This document shows, one piece after another, positions 23,186 through 36,575 of a stretch of DNA of 64,000 nt (its first letter is position 1; each line of letters opens with the position of its first letter). The position numbers were made by a program, and so were the translations under genes. The DNA is from Mobula hypostoma. Lineage: Eukaryota. The notes beneath the pieces are model-generated. The model saw nothing but the letters and a program-made list of their open reading frames with translations, did no database searches and had not been told where the DNA came from. The stretch spans positions 179,058,001 to 179,122,000 of the forward strand of contig NC_086097.1 of the NCBI RefSeq assembly GCF_963921235.1, given 5' to 3'.

Positions 23186-23864
23186 CACTATTGACAGAAG
23201 TCCAAGTGCAGAGGGAGAGACACGGAAGCGGAATGAACCATTCACTGAGTTTTAATAAGAACTGTACAGAACAAAACAAAATAACTATAATCTCACACCA
23301 TCACTGTGGCTTAGAAGCAGTAACTTAAATACTAAATTTGTTATGTATTCATGTATATTTTGACCCTTATGGGTTGCTATCAAGCTTCCCTGTGTGTAAC
23401 GTTCTGAACGTAATGTGAGAGGGCATTCTGGGTAGATGACTAACAAGTAAAATAAACAGCAGCACATTTGTTCCTCATCTCCTCGTCTCTCATGTGTGTA
23501 ATTCACGGCCACCCAGCTTCCCAGTACCACAAACATAAGAAAATTAATACCGCTCCTGTACAGCATCAATCTAAATTGTAATCTTCTTTCTCAGAACGTG
23601 GACTATGTTAAACAGAGTGTTGCTGTTGCTGTACCTCTGTCAAGACCTGACAAGCCTGAAATGAAAGGAAGTGAATTAAATACATTTACGAAGAAACCCA
23701 AATTGGCTGGAATGTGCACTCTCATGTGTGAGATTGTCGGCTTCTTCCAGCTGCCCACCTGCGAGAGCACCTGGATCCTGTGGCAGTGTCTGCAGTTGTG
23801 ACAGCTACTCTAAACAGCTCCTTCCATAACATGGGGCTGTACTGTACAAGGGAGGGCAATTACA

Positions 23865-24280
23865 AAGAAGTCAGTGTGCTCCTTCTGTGCGATGTGGGAT
23901 GTGGGACATCGAGGTCGCTTCCAGAGTGCCTAGCAACCATTTGTACAGGAAGTGTGTCCTGCTGCAGCTCCTGACATTCCTCCGGGAATTGTGGATGGAT
24001 TCACTGCTGGAGCATCCATGATGCTGTGAACACTGTATATTCATTGTCAATAATGAGAAAGGTAAGAAGGGGAATGAGGTCCTCACACAGGTTTAGAGAA
24101 CATTGGTTTCAAGAGACATTGAGGCCCTGGTTAAGAAAAAGGTATAGGCAGGTAGAACAAATGAGATACTTGAATATAAGAAATGAAAGAGAGCAGTTAA
24201 GAAAGAAATCAGGAGGGCTAAAAGAAGATATGTGGTTGCTCTAGCAGACAAAGTGAAGGAGAATTCTAAGGGCTTCTTCA
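23865..24280 (+). mobile_element. Decayed CR1 ORF1 (Cys-rich) and ORF2 linker fragments
   Basis: VCSFCAMWD..RKCVLLQLL resembles the ORF1 start at ~31750. LRKKSGGLK and gacaaagtgaaggagaattct match the linker at ~39100. Confidence 0.65.
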
Positions 24281-26100
24281 GCCAATAACATTGTGCTGAA
24301 ATTTTAACCTAAGGGTTTATTAAATGATCCCAATGTTTCTGCCTCTACCATCACCCTGGCAGTGTGCTCCATACACCCACCACTCTGTGTAAAGAACCTA
24401 CCTCCAACATCCCCCCTATACTTCCCTCGTTACCTTAAAATTATAGACTCTCGTATTAGCCATTTCAACCCTGCAAAAAAGTCACTATCTGTGCCTCTTA
24501 TCATCTTGTGCACGTCTGTCAAGTTACCTCTCACTCTCCTTTGCTCCAAAGAGAAAAACTCCAGATTATTCGACCTATTCTCATTAAGACATGTTTTCTA
24601 ATCCAGGCAACATCCTGGTAATCTCCTCTCCTCTACACCATCTCTATAGATTCCACTACTTCCTATAATGAGGCAACCAGAGGTGAACACAATAATCCAA
24701 GTGTGGTCTAACCAGAGCTGCAATGTTACTTCACACCCCTTGAACTCAATCCTCCAACTAGCGAAGGCCAAAACACCAGCTGCCTTCTCAACTACCTTAT
24801 CAATTTGTGTGGCAACTTTGAGGGATCTGTGGATGAGAACCCCAAGATCCCTCTGTTCCTCCTCACTGTCTCTTCTAGATTACCAGAGGGACTGCACTTC
24901 TAAAGGATGTCAGTGCTGTAAAAGATTTGGGATGTCCTGAGAAGGTGAGGGTGCAAGTTCCTATCAACTTTAGCTGTGTTTAGATAACACAAAGACAAAA
25001 AGTAAAAAATCAAATCTAAGCTTGCAGCCTTAGTTAGAATTACTGACCATGTGTAGCAGAAAGAGGGAGTCAGCCCATCAAATCCATGCTGCTCCTAGCA
25101 GTGCCACACATATATTTATGCAGCATAGAAACAGGCCCTTCTTCAACTTCTTCATGCTAACCAAGTTGTCAACTTGAGCTATTCACATCTCCCTGCATTT
25201 GGCCCTTATCCCACTCATCCTTTTCGATCCATGTACCTGTCTAAATGTAATTTAAATGTCATACTTTCCACATGAATCTTATTCCTCAACCCAGCACTTT
25301 CGATGTGAGAAATTTGCCCCCAAGTCCCCTTTGAATCTCCTGATTTGGATCCGATGCAGAGTTTCAGCTAGAAATATTGACAGTTCCTTGCCACCAATGC
25401 TGGCTTTACCTACTGAGTTCAAGAAATGGAACAGAACACTTAAGAAGGAAGTCAGGATGGCTAAAAGAAGACATGAGGTTGCTGTAGCAGACAAGGTGAA
25501 GGACATTTCCAAGGACTTCCACAGATACATTAAGAGCAAAGGATAGCAAAGTACAAAATTGGTCCTCTGGCAGATCAGAGTGGTCATCTATGCATCGAGC
25601 TGAAAGAGACGTGGGAGATCTTAAATGGATTTTTTGTATCTGTATTTACTCAGGAACTAGACTCAGAGTTTATAGATGTGAGACAATGCAGCACAGAGGT
25701 CATGGACCCTACGCAGATTACAGAAGAGCAGGTGTCGCTGCTTTGAGGCAAATTAAGGTGGATAAATCCCGAGGGCTTGATAATGTTTTCCCTCAAACCC
25801 TGTGGAAAGCTAGTGCAGAAATTGCAGGAGCCCTAGCAGAGATATTTAATACATCTTTGGCTCTAAGAATAAGCCAGTAAATTATAGGCTGATGAATCTT
25901 ATATCAGTAGTGGGAAAGTTATTTGAAAGTATTCTAAGCAAATAGATATATAATTATTTGGATAGACAGGGACTGATTAGGGATAATCGACATGGCTTTG
26001 TCCATGGTAAGTCGTGTCTAAGCAATCTTATAAAGAGTTCTTGAGGAAGTCGCCAGGCAAGCTGATGAAGGCAAGACAGGGGATGTTGTCTACATGGACT
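24280..26100 (+). repeat. Inverted segmental duplication, copy A
   Basis: Reverse complement of ~61060-62900, sharing the order of unrelated TE pieces and their exact junctions (gaatctcctgatttggatc, gagttcaagaaatg, cctcctcactgtctcttctag). Confidence 0.92.
24870..24960 (+). mobile_element. DeuSINE/AmnSINE-like 3' relic (copy A)
   Basis: tagattaccagagggactgcacttctaaagg...gctgtaaaagatttgggatgtcctgag...tgcaagt resembles my recollection of the Deu-domain 3' end (tacattacaacagtgactacacttcaaaag...ctgtaaagcgctttgggacgtcctgag...tgcaagt). Confidence 0.6.
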
Positions 26101-27130
26101 TTAGCAAGGCCTTTGATAAGATTCTGCATTGGAGTTTGGTCAAGGAGTTTCAGTCACATGGCATTCAAGATGCGGTAGTAAATTGAATGCTTAAAGATGG
26201 CTGCCTCTCTGACCGGAGACCTGTGACTTGTGGTGTGGCACAGGGATTGGTGCTGGCTCCACTGTCATTTGTCATCTATATCAATGATCTGATTGTTAAT
26301 GTGGCAAACTGGATCAGCAAATTTGCAGATGACACCAAGATTAGAGATGTAAAGGACAATGAGGAGGACTATCACAGCTTGCAGTGGGATCTGGACCACA
26401 TAGAAAAATGGACTGAAAAAGGCAGATGGAATTTAATGCAGACAAGTGTGAGGTGTTGTATGGTGAGTGGTAGGGGCACTGAAGAGTGCAGTAAAACAGA
26501 GGGATTTGGGAATATAAGTCCATAATTCCTTGAAAGTGGTGTCAAAAGTAGATAGAGTCATAAAGCAAGTTTTTGGCAGATTAGCCTTCATACATCGAAA
26601 TTCTGAGGACGGGAGATGGGATGTTATGTGAAATTGTACAAGACGTTGGTGAAACCTAATTTGGAGTATTGTGTGCAGTTTTGGTCACCAACCTACAGGA
26701 AAGATGTAAGTAAGATTGAGAGAGTACAAAGAAAATTTACAAGGATGTTACTGTGGCCTGAGTTGCAGGGAAAGTTTGAATAGGTTAGGAGTTTAGTCCC
26801 TAGAATGTAGAAAATTGAGGGGAGATTTGATAGAGGTATACAAAATTATGAGCGGTATACACAGCATAAATGCAAGCAGGCTTTTTTCTACTGAAATTGG
26901 ATGAGACTACAACTAGAGGTCATGGGTTAAGGGGAAAAGGAAAAATGCTTAAGGGGAACATGAGGGGAAACTTCTTCACTCAGAGGGTGGTGAGAGTGTG
27001 GAATGAGCTGCCAGTGCAGGTGATGGATACAAGTTGATTTCAGAATTTAAGAGAAACTTGGATAAATACATGGCTGGGAGGTGTATGGAGGGCTCTGGTC
27101 TGGGTGCAGGTCGATGGGACTAGGTAGACG
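25420..27130 (+). mobile_element. Decayed CR1 ORF2 (linker, RT, 3' end)
   Basis: KKEVRMAKRRHE, VIYINDL..WISKFADDTK and cagagggtggtgagagtgtggaatgagctgcc. Confidence 0.92.
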
Positions 27131-27864
27131 TTGCATAAAGGCAAATTGTTAAGATGTCAGAGCGAGATACAGCGCACAGTACCAGTCTTCAACCAATCCC
27201 ACCTTCTTTCCACAGCCCCATCAACTCTCACTAGAATCTGCCAGTCAAATTGATTCTCATGAATACATCTTCCAAATTCCCATCAACTCCTCCCCTGCCT
27301 CATTCACCTTGCTATTGTTTAATTTCTTTGAGCCAAGGTCAGGGGTGGGGTGGCGGGCTATTCACCTGATTTCCCTGGGAAATGAGATATTTTGGGAAAC
27401 CAAACACACAGCAATCAGAAATCTTATGGCTCAGAGCACAGATATCTTCCCTGCAAGGAATCACTTCCCCTACTTTGGATGAAGCAACCAGAAGCCTTCA
27501 TGAAGCTGAAATGTTATCATTGTAGAAAATCAATAATGAGTTCATTACTTGTTTATTTTGTTCTAAGTGCATTCCCAAGAGAATCTGCCAATAGGACGAG
27601 AGAAGATTAACAACAACACAGGCCGAAGGTGTCAAGTGCTGCCTCTATGCTGTAAAAGCCCTGTAAAATCTTCTTCAATGTTGTAATATCTGTCCAAAAC
27701 GCTCTTATAATGTTCAACACTCTTTGAAAAGTAGAGTCATAAGATCATATTTTTTTGCCATGCCATCTTCTCGCAGCTGCGATCAGGCAGGAGGTACACA
27801 AGCCTAAACTTCCACATGTACTGTACTTGTGCATATGACGATCAGCGCGAGTTTGATCTTGGCT

Positions 27865-28520
27865 CATACGGCATAGAATGGCCGTCTTGACCCATTTCAT
27901 CCATGTTGGCCATGAAGCCAACATTCTCTAATTCCACCTGACCCCATTAGGCCCCTATCCCTCCATTCCTTTCCTATCTGAGCACCTGTCTAAACACAGG
28001 TAATGTAACTGCCTCTACCACCTCCTCCGACATCTTGTTCCACGTAAACACCACCCTCTTATCCTCAGACCTCCTTTACAGTTTTCCCTTCTCACTTTAA
28101 ACTGGTGCCTTCAATTTCTAGATTCCCTGAGCCTAGGTAAACCTACTATGCCTATCGACTCTGTCTATACCCCTCATAGTTTTATAACCCTCTCTAAGGT
28201 CACCCCTCAACCTCCAATCTTCCACTGAGAAAAATCTCAAACCATCCATCTCTCCTTGTAACTACGACCCTCCATTTCAGGCAACATCCTAGTGAATCCC
28301 TTCTGCACACTTGCTAGACCTACCACATTCTTTCTGTAGTGTGGTGTGGTCTAACCACTGCCTTGTACATCTGAACTCACTACCCCTGTCTATGAGGGCA
28401 AGCAAGCTAAATGCTTTCTTCACTACCCATTCACCTAGGTTACCATCTTTAATGAGCTATGAACTTCATCTCAAAGATTCCTCGGTGCATCAATATTTTC
28501 AGTGATTAATGCTCCTGTAT
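27865..28520 (-). mobile_element. Old CR1 3' fragment
   Basis: Reverse-complement CR1 C-terminal motifs (ggcaacatcctagtgaatcccttctgcac, tgtggtctaacc). Confidence 0.8.
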
Positions 28521-28879
28521 GTCCTTGGGCAACCATCATCACTATCTCTAACTCTGGGAATCTTCCTGTCACCAGCAATCTTACTTATCAGACCACAGAC
28601 AATGTCATCGAAGGATACGAATGATTTATTAATATAGGGGTATTGAGCTGATTCTGGCATCACATGTTCAAAGGGATATGAAGGTCCCAGAAAGGATGTG
28701 GAGGAGATTTCCTCGAACAGTTCCAGGGAGGGGGATGTTTAGTTCCAAGATTGACTGGAGAAAGCAGGGTTGTTCTTTTGGGAATGCTGAAAACCATTAA
28801 TGGGAACAAAAGGATGCAGATCAGTCAATAAGAGCATGGTTGATCTTTCATCTCATGCACTGCAGCAACTTATCCTTAA

Positions 28880-29160
28880 ATAGCACCTGCCAAATCCGCC
28901 ACTTCTACTAGCTGAAAGGACAAGGGCAGCAAATTAAAGGGGAATGGCACATTCTGGAAGTTGTCCTCCAAGCTACAGGCTTGGAAATACATATATCGTC
29001 CTTCTTCACGTCACTGGGTCCTAGAACTCACTATCTAACAGCACTATCTAACAGGTGTATACCCACACCTCAAGGACTGTAGTGAATCAAAAACCTGTAG
29101 TGAACCAGGCATGGACAATTAAATGTTGGCTTAGACTGTGAAGCCATTATACCTTGAATA
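28880..29160 (+). mobile_element. 3' end of a distinct old CR1/L2-type LINE family (also ~13600-13735 +, ~14250-14375 -)
   Basis: Shared cagcacct.ccaa...aaggacaagggcagca...caagtt..cctccaag...ggaaatacat motif across the copies. Confidence 0.55.
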
Positions 29161-29499
29161 AAAATTTTTAAAGATTTGCTTTCCTGCATGCACTCCATAT
29201 CTCTGGCTTCCCAGACAAGGTGGATGACTTCATAAGTTTCCAGGAAGTATTCTACCTTGTGCATTACCTACCCCTTCTCTATGTCCTCTTCGGGGCCCAC
29301 ACTACCACCTAACGTGTATCATCTGAAAACTTGGATATATTGCACCTGATTCCTTCATCCAACCAGGACTCTGTTTATGGACCGTTTGAATGCTACGAAG
29401 CACAGCACTCCATTGGTCACACGATGAGGGGTGCTGTGTTAGACTTAATAGAAACATGCAAAATATACATTTTCGTAAGATTTATACAAGAGGGTTTTC

Positions 29500-29930
29500 T
29501 GAGATTTGCCTCTCATACACTTTAGGAAGGATTTAGGATTATCATTAATCCTACGTGCCAAGATCATTCCATGTCCACTTTTTACCCTCTAAATTTCTTT
29601 CTTAAATTTTCCTCAAATCTCTCCATTTCAAGTGATTCAATCAAACCCAATTTCATGACATATACTTCCTTCTTCCCCCTTCTCAGACCTTCAATATCCT
29701 TCATTAACCTAAATTCTCTAAACTTACCAGCTTTGCTCCATACAGAGACACACTGAGTCTTTCTCACTTTTAAACCCTTTTGGCATATGGATTTTGCTTC
29801 TCTCTACCTCTCCCAGGTCCTGTCTTACACTATGAAAATCCACATTGCCCAACTTTAGGGTTCTGACTCAGGGACCAATTTGACCTTTCAGATGACTACC
29901 TCAAAGTTTATAGTCAGCGTTCACAAAGGG
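29500..29930 (-). mobile_element. Old CR1 ORF2 linker fragment
   Basis: Reverse complement ggacatggaatgatcttggcacgtaggattaatgataatcctaaa corresponds to RGHEKALASRIKENPK. Confidence 0.65.
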
Positions 29931-30214
29931 TTTCTCTGCAGACAGTACAATCATTTGCCTGTTAACATGCCCTGAGAGGGAGGATACAAAAGGGCCTTGA
30001 AATGACTTCAGTAGGTAGGATTAAGGAGAATCCCAAAACCTTCTGCAAGAAGAGAGAGGTAAGACGGAGGTGAAGAAAGGAATGCAGGAGAACAAGAAGA
30101 AAACTTATAGAGTTGTTGAAAATTAGGAATTGTGTAGATAAGGTAGATGGGAGCAGTCTATTCCCCTGGGTCAGGGAGTCCAAAACTAGGAGGCTGGATA
30201 CATAGCTTTAGGGT

Positions 30215-31585
30215 AACAGGAAAAGCAGAAATTCAAGAGTGCCAGGGGGAAGATGTGAATGTAGTTGCTATTACTGGAGAAAAGGTTCCTGGGAAACTGA
30301 AAGGTCTGAAGGTAGATAAGTTACCTGGGCCAGATAGAATACACTCCATTGTTCTGAAAGAGGTAGCTGAAGAAATTATGAAGGCATTAGTAATCATCTT
30401 TCAAGAATCTCTAGATGCTGGAATGATTCTGGATGACTGGAAAATTGCAAATGTCACTCCACTTTTTAAGAAGGGAGAAAGGCAGAAAAGGGAAATTACT
30501 GTATAAGCCAGCCAGCCTGACTTCAGTGGTTGGGAAGGTGTATTATTAATGATACAGTTTTGAGGTACTTGGAGGCACATGAATATGTAGGCCAAAGTCA
30601 ACATGGTTTCTTTAAGGAGAAATCTTGCCTGACAAATCTGGTGGAATAACAGGCAGAATAAACAAAGAAGAGTCAGTGGATGTTCCTTATTTGGATCTTC
30701 AGAAGGCTTTTGACAAGGTGCCGCGCATGCAGCTACTTAACAAGAAAAGAGCCCATTGTATTATGGGAAAGATAGTAGCCTGGATAGAAGATTGGTTGAC
30801 TGGCAGGAGACAAAGAGTGGGAATAAAGGGGGCCTACTCTGGTTGGCTATTGGTGACTAATGGTGTTCAACATGGGTTGGTACATGGAACATTTCTTTTC
30901 ACTTTATATGTTAACGATGTGGATGATGGAATTGTTGGCTTTGTTTGCAGATGATATAGAGATAGATGGAAGGCCAGATAGCATTGAGGAAGCAGGGAGT
31001 CTACGGAAGAATGTAGACAGATTGGGGGAATGGGCAAAGAAATGGCAGATGGAATATAATGTATGGAAGTGTATGGTCATGTACTTTGGCACAAGGAATA
31101 AGACATGGACTACTTTTTAAAAGGTGAAAAGATTCAAAAATCAGAGGTGCAGAGGGAATTGGGAGTCCTCATGCAGGATTCCCTAGGGGTTAACTTGCAG
31201 GTTGGATCAGTGGTAGGGAAGGCAAATGGAATGTTAGCATTCAATTCAAGAGGACTAGAACATGAGAGCAAGAATGTAATGCTAAGTCTTTATAAGTCAT
31301 TGGTCAGACTGCACTTGCAGTATTGTGAGCAGTTTTGGGTGACTTGTCTATGAAAAGTTGTGCTGGCATTGGAGAGGTTCCAGAGAAGGCTCACGAGAAT
31401 GATCCCAGGAATGAAAGTGTTAATGTTTGAGGAGCATTTGATAGCTCTGGATCTGTCTTGCTGGGGGTTAGAAGAATGAGGAAGGGTCTCATAGCAACCT
31501 GTTGAGTACTGAAAGGTCTGGATAAAGTGGAAATGGAGAGGGTTCCTATAGTGGGGGAGTCTAGGAACAGATGGCATATCCTCAG
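30215..31585 (+). mobile_element. Decayed CR1 RT region
   Basis: KVDKLPGPD, DWKIANVTPLFKKG, YLDLQKAFDKVP, FADD and LVRLHLQYCEQFW. Confidence 0.93.
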
Positions 31586-31589
31586 GGGT

Positions 31590-34500
31590 AAGCAGAGAAA
31601 GCTTTGTTGTAGTGGATAGTGTTAGAGTGGTTATTTGAGCCGTTATCTCTTCGATGCTACAGCAAGGAGAGACTTTTGTGAGAGAAGGTGAAGCTTACTG
31701 ATCGTTTCCTTCTTTATATTTGCAGAGTTAGATGCCAGGCAGGATTGTGGAATGCTCCTCTTGCAGAATGTGGGAAAGCATCCAATGTCCCTGACGACTT
31801 CATCTGCAAGAAGTGCATCCAGCTGCAGATTCTAACACTTTGCATTAACGAGTTGCAACTGGATCAACTCCGGATCATTTAGGAGGCTGAGGGTTTAATA
31901 GATAGGACATATAGAGAAGTAGTTACACCCGAGGCGCAGGACACAGGAGACTGGGTGACAGTCAAAAAGGTGAAAGGGGGTAATCAGCCAGTGCATAGAA
32001 CATAGAATAGTACAGCACAGTACAGGCCCTTTGGCCCACAATGTTGTGCCAACCCTTAAACCCTGCCACCCATATAACACCCCCACCTTAAATTCCTCCA
32101 TATACCTGTCCAGTAGTCTCTTAAATTTCACTAGTGTATCTGCCTCCACCACTGACTCAGGTAGTGCATTCCATGCACTAACCACTCTCTGAGTAAAAAC
32201 CCTTCCTCTAATATCCTCCTTGAACTTCCCACCCCTTCCCTTAAAGCCATGTCCTCTTGTATTGAGCAGTGGTGCCCTGGGGAAGAGGCACTGGCTGTCC
32301 ACTCTATCTATTCCTCTTATTACCTTGTATACCTCTATCATGTCTCCTCTCATCCTTCGTCTCTCCAAAAAGTAAAGCCCTAACTCCCTTGATCTCTGAT
32401 CATAATGCATACTCTCTAAACCAGGTAGCATCCTGGTAAATCTCCTCTGTACCCTTTCCAATGCTTCCACTTCCTTCCTATAGTGAGGCGACCAGAACTA
32501 GACACAGTACTCCAAGTGTGGCCTAACCAGAGTTTTATAGAGCTGCATCATTACCTTGTGACTCTTAAACTCTATCCCTCGACTTATGAAAGCTAACACC
32601 CCATAAGCTTTCTTAACTACCCTATCTACCTGTGAGGCAACTTTCAGGGATCTGTTGACATGTACCCCCAGATCCCTCTGTTCCTCCACACTACCATGTA
32701 TCCTGCCATTTACTTTGTACTCTGCCTTGGAGTTTGTCCTTCCAAAGTGTACCACCTCACACTTCTCTGGGTTGAACTCCACCTGCCACTTCTCAGCCCA
32801 CTTCTGCAAGCTATCAATGTCTCTCTGCAATCTTCGAAAATCCTCTATACTATCTACAACACCACCAGCAATTGTGTCATCTGCAAACTTGCCAACCTAC
32901 CCTTCTATCCCCACACCTAGGTCATTAATAAAAATCACGAAAATTAGAGGTCCCAGAACTGATCCTTGTGGGACACCACTAGTCACAACCCTCCAATCCG
33001 AATGTACTCCCTCCACCACGACCCTCTGCTTTCTGCAGACAAGCCAATTCTGAATCCACCTGGCCGATCTTCCCTGGATCCCATGCCTTCTGATTTTCTG
33101 AATAAGCCTACTGTGTGAAACCTTGTCAAATGCCTTACTAAAATCCATGTAGATCACATCCACTACACTACCCTCATATATGTGCCTGGTCACCTCCTCA
33201 AAGAACTCTATCAGGCTTGTTAGACATGATCTGCCCTTCACAAAGCCATGCTGACTGTCCCTGATCAGACCATGACTCTCTAAATGCCCATAGATCCTAT
33301 CTCTAAGAATCTTTTTCAACAGTTTTCCCACCACAGACGTAAGGCTCACTGGTCTATAATTACCCGGACTATCCCTACTACCTTTTTTGAACAAGGGGAC
33401 AATATTCGCCTCCTTCCAATCCTCCAGTACCATTCCCGTGGACAACAAGGACATAAAGATCCTAGCCAGAGGCTCAGCAATCTCTTCCCTCACCTTGTGA
33501 AGCAGCCTGGGAAATATTCCGTCAGGCCCCGGGGACTTATCCATCCTAATGTATTTTAACAACTCCAACATCTCCTCTCCCTTAATATCAACATGCTCCA
33601 GAACATCAACCTCAGTCATATTGTCCTCACCATCATCAAGTTCCCTCTCATTGGTGAATACCGAAGTGAAGTATTCATTGAGGACCTTGCTCACTTCCAC
33701 AGCCTCCAGACACATCTTCCCACCTTTATCTCAAATCGGTCCTACCTTCACTCCTGTCATCCTTTTGTTCTTCACATAATTGAAGAATGCCTTGGGGTTT
33801 TCCTTTACCCTACTTGCCAAGGCCTTCTCATGCCCCCTTCTTGCCCTCCTCAGCCCCTTCTTAAGCTCCTTTCTTGCTTCCCTATATTCCTCAATAGACC
33901 CATCTGATCCTTGCTCCCTAAACCTCATGTATGCTGCCTTCTTCCACCTGACTAGATTTTCCACCTCACGTCACCCATGGTTCCTTCACCCTACCATTCT
34001 TTATCTTCCTCACCGGGACAAATTTATCCCTAACATCCTGCAAGAGATCCTTAAACATCGACCACATGTCCATAGTACATTTCCCTGCATAAACATCATC
34101 TCAATTCACACCCACAAGTTCTAGCCTTATGGCCTCATAAGTTGCCCTTCCCCAATTAAAAATTTTCCTGTCCTCTCTGATTCTATCCTTTTCCATGATA
34201 ATGCTAAAGGCCAGGGAGCAGTGGTCACTGTCCCCCAGATGCTCACCCACTGAGAGATCTGTGACCTGACCCAGTTCGTTACCTAATACTAGATCTAGTA
34301 TGGCATTCCCCCTGGTCGGCCTGTCCACATACTGTGACAGGAATCCATCCTGGACACACTTAACAAATTCTGCCCCATCTAAACCCTTGGAACTAATCAG
34401 GTGCCAATCAATATTAGGGAAGTTAAAGTCACCCATGATAACAACCCTGTTATTTTTGCAACTTTCCAAAATCTCCCAATCTGCTCCTTAGTATCTCTGC

Positions 34501-36575
34501 TGCTACCAGGGGGCCTATAGAATACTCCCAATAGAGTAACAGCTCCCTTCCTGTTCCTGACTTCCACACATACTGACTCAAAAGAGGATCCTGCTACATT
34601 ACCCATCCTTTCTGTAGATGTAATAGTATCCCTGACCAGTAATGCCACCCCTCCTTCCCTTTTACCCCCTCTCTATCCCTTTTAAAGCACTGAAATCCAG
34701 GAATATTGAGAATCCATTTCTGCCCTGGTGCCAGCCAAGTCTCTGTAATGGCCACTACATCATAATTCCATGTATGTATCCAAGCTCTCAGTTCATCACC
34801 TTTGTTCCTGATGCTTCTTGCACTGAAGTACATGCACGTTAGCCCTTCTACCTTACTACCGTTACACCCTTTATTCTGCTTCTCTTTCCTCAAAGCCTCT
34901 CTATATGTTAGATCTGGCTTTACTCCATGCACTTCTTTCACTGCTCTATCGCTCTGGGTCCCATCCCCCTTGCAAATTAGTTTAAACCCTCCCGAACCAT
35001 GCTAGCAAACCTACCTGCAAGGATATTGCTCCCTCTCGAGTTCAGGTGCAACCCATCCAATCTGTACAGGTCCCATCTTCCCCAGAAGAGATCATAATGA
35101 TCCAAAAATCTAAAACCCTGCTCCCTGCACCAACTCCTCAGCCACGCATTCAACTGCCATCTTCTCCAATTCTTACCATCACTGTCACGTAGCACTGACA
35201 GCAATCCTGAGAACGCCACCCTTGAGGTCCTGTTCTTCAGCCTTCTGCCTAGTTCCCGAAACTCACACTTCAGGACCTCATCACTCTTCCTGCCTATGTC
35301 GTTGGTCCCAACATGTATCACGATTTCTGGTTACTTTCCCTCTCGTACCAGGATGTTGTGCACCCTGTCAGAGACATCCCGGACCCTGGCACCCAGGAGG
35401 CAACAAACCATGCGGTGTCCTTCTCACGTCCACAAAATCTCCTGTCTGCTCCCCTGACTATAGAGTCTCCGATGATGACAGCTCTCCTCTTCTCCATCCC
35501 ACCCTTCTGCACCACAGGGTCAGACACGGTGCCGGAGGCCCTGCCACCGTGGCTCACACCTGGTCGGTCGTCCCCGCCGACAGTATCCAGGATGGTAAAC
35601 TTATTATTCAGGGGAATGGTTACAGGGGTGCTCTGCACTACCTGTCTGCTCACCTCTTCTTTCCCCCCTCTGACTGTCACCCAACGACCTGCTTCCGACA
35701 GCCTAGGCAGACTACCCCGTGGCCATTTTCCTCAACAACAGGTAAGCCACTTTTGATACTGTTAGTGGGTGGGGAGGGATAACCTAGCAGAGGAAAATCA
35801 CAGAGGTCAGTTCTCCCGTGGGAGTTTTGGTGTCTGAACAGTAGCCAATCAGAGAGTCTGACCCTGTGGCTCAGAAGTGAAGGGGAGAGAAGAGGCGAGT
35901 TGTGGTGATAGGAGATTCATTAATTAGGGGAACAGAAAGCAGGTTCTGTGGATGAGAATGAGATTCCCAGATGTCAGAGTTCTCAGCATTCTTAAGTGGG
36001 AGGGTGAGCAGCCAGAGTTCGTGGTCCACTTAGGTACCAACGACATGGGTAGGAAGAGTGACGAGGTTCTGAAAGGTGAGTTCAGAGTGTTAGGTCCTAA
36101 GTTAAAGAGCAGGACCTCCAAGTTTGTGATATCAGATTGCTACCTGTGCCACAAGCTAGTGAGGCCAGATATAGGAAGATTATACAGTTTAACATGTGGC
36201 TAAGGATCTGGTGTAGGAGGGAGGGCTTCAGATTTTTGGAACATTGGGCTCTCTACCAGGGAAGGTGGGCCTGTACAGAAAAGAGAGTCTGTATTGGAGA
36301 GGGATTAATATCCTAGTGGGAAAGTTTGCTTGTACAGCACGGGGTGGGGTGTTGTGAGGAGCCGTTTAAACTAGAGTTGCAGGGAGATGGGAACCAGAAT
36401 GCCAGAACAGATAGTGGAGTGGTTGTAGAGACAGATGTTGATAAGACCTCAGACAAAGTCTGGGATCAAAAAGTTAAGCATGGTGGGACTAATATTCTGA
36501 GTTGTTTCAATGCAAAGAGTATTGTAGGAAAGGCAGATGAGCTCAGGGCATGGATCAACATCTGGAATTATGATT
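31590..36575 (+). mobile_element. CR1 5' portion (5'UTR, ORF1 zinc-finger/SGNH, start of APE), split by an antisense CR1
   Basis: PDDFICKKCIQLQ, VVHLGTNDMGRK and FNAKSIVGKADEL. The 5'UTR is homologous to ~44800-44910. Confidence 0.85.
31994..35706 (-). mobile_element. Near-full-length CR1 LINE (partial ORF1 SGNH esterase, APE, RT, tail)
   Basis: Minus ORFs: IIGDSIVRG, HVGTND, DGLHLN (SGNH); VAITETWL, YRPP, GDFN, SDH (APE); [22 protein letters not shown] (RT). Reverse-complement tail catagaacatagaa. Confidence 0.97.
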
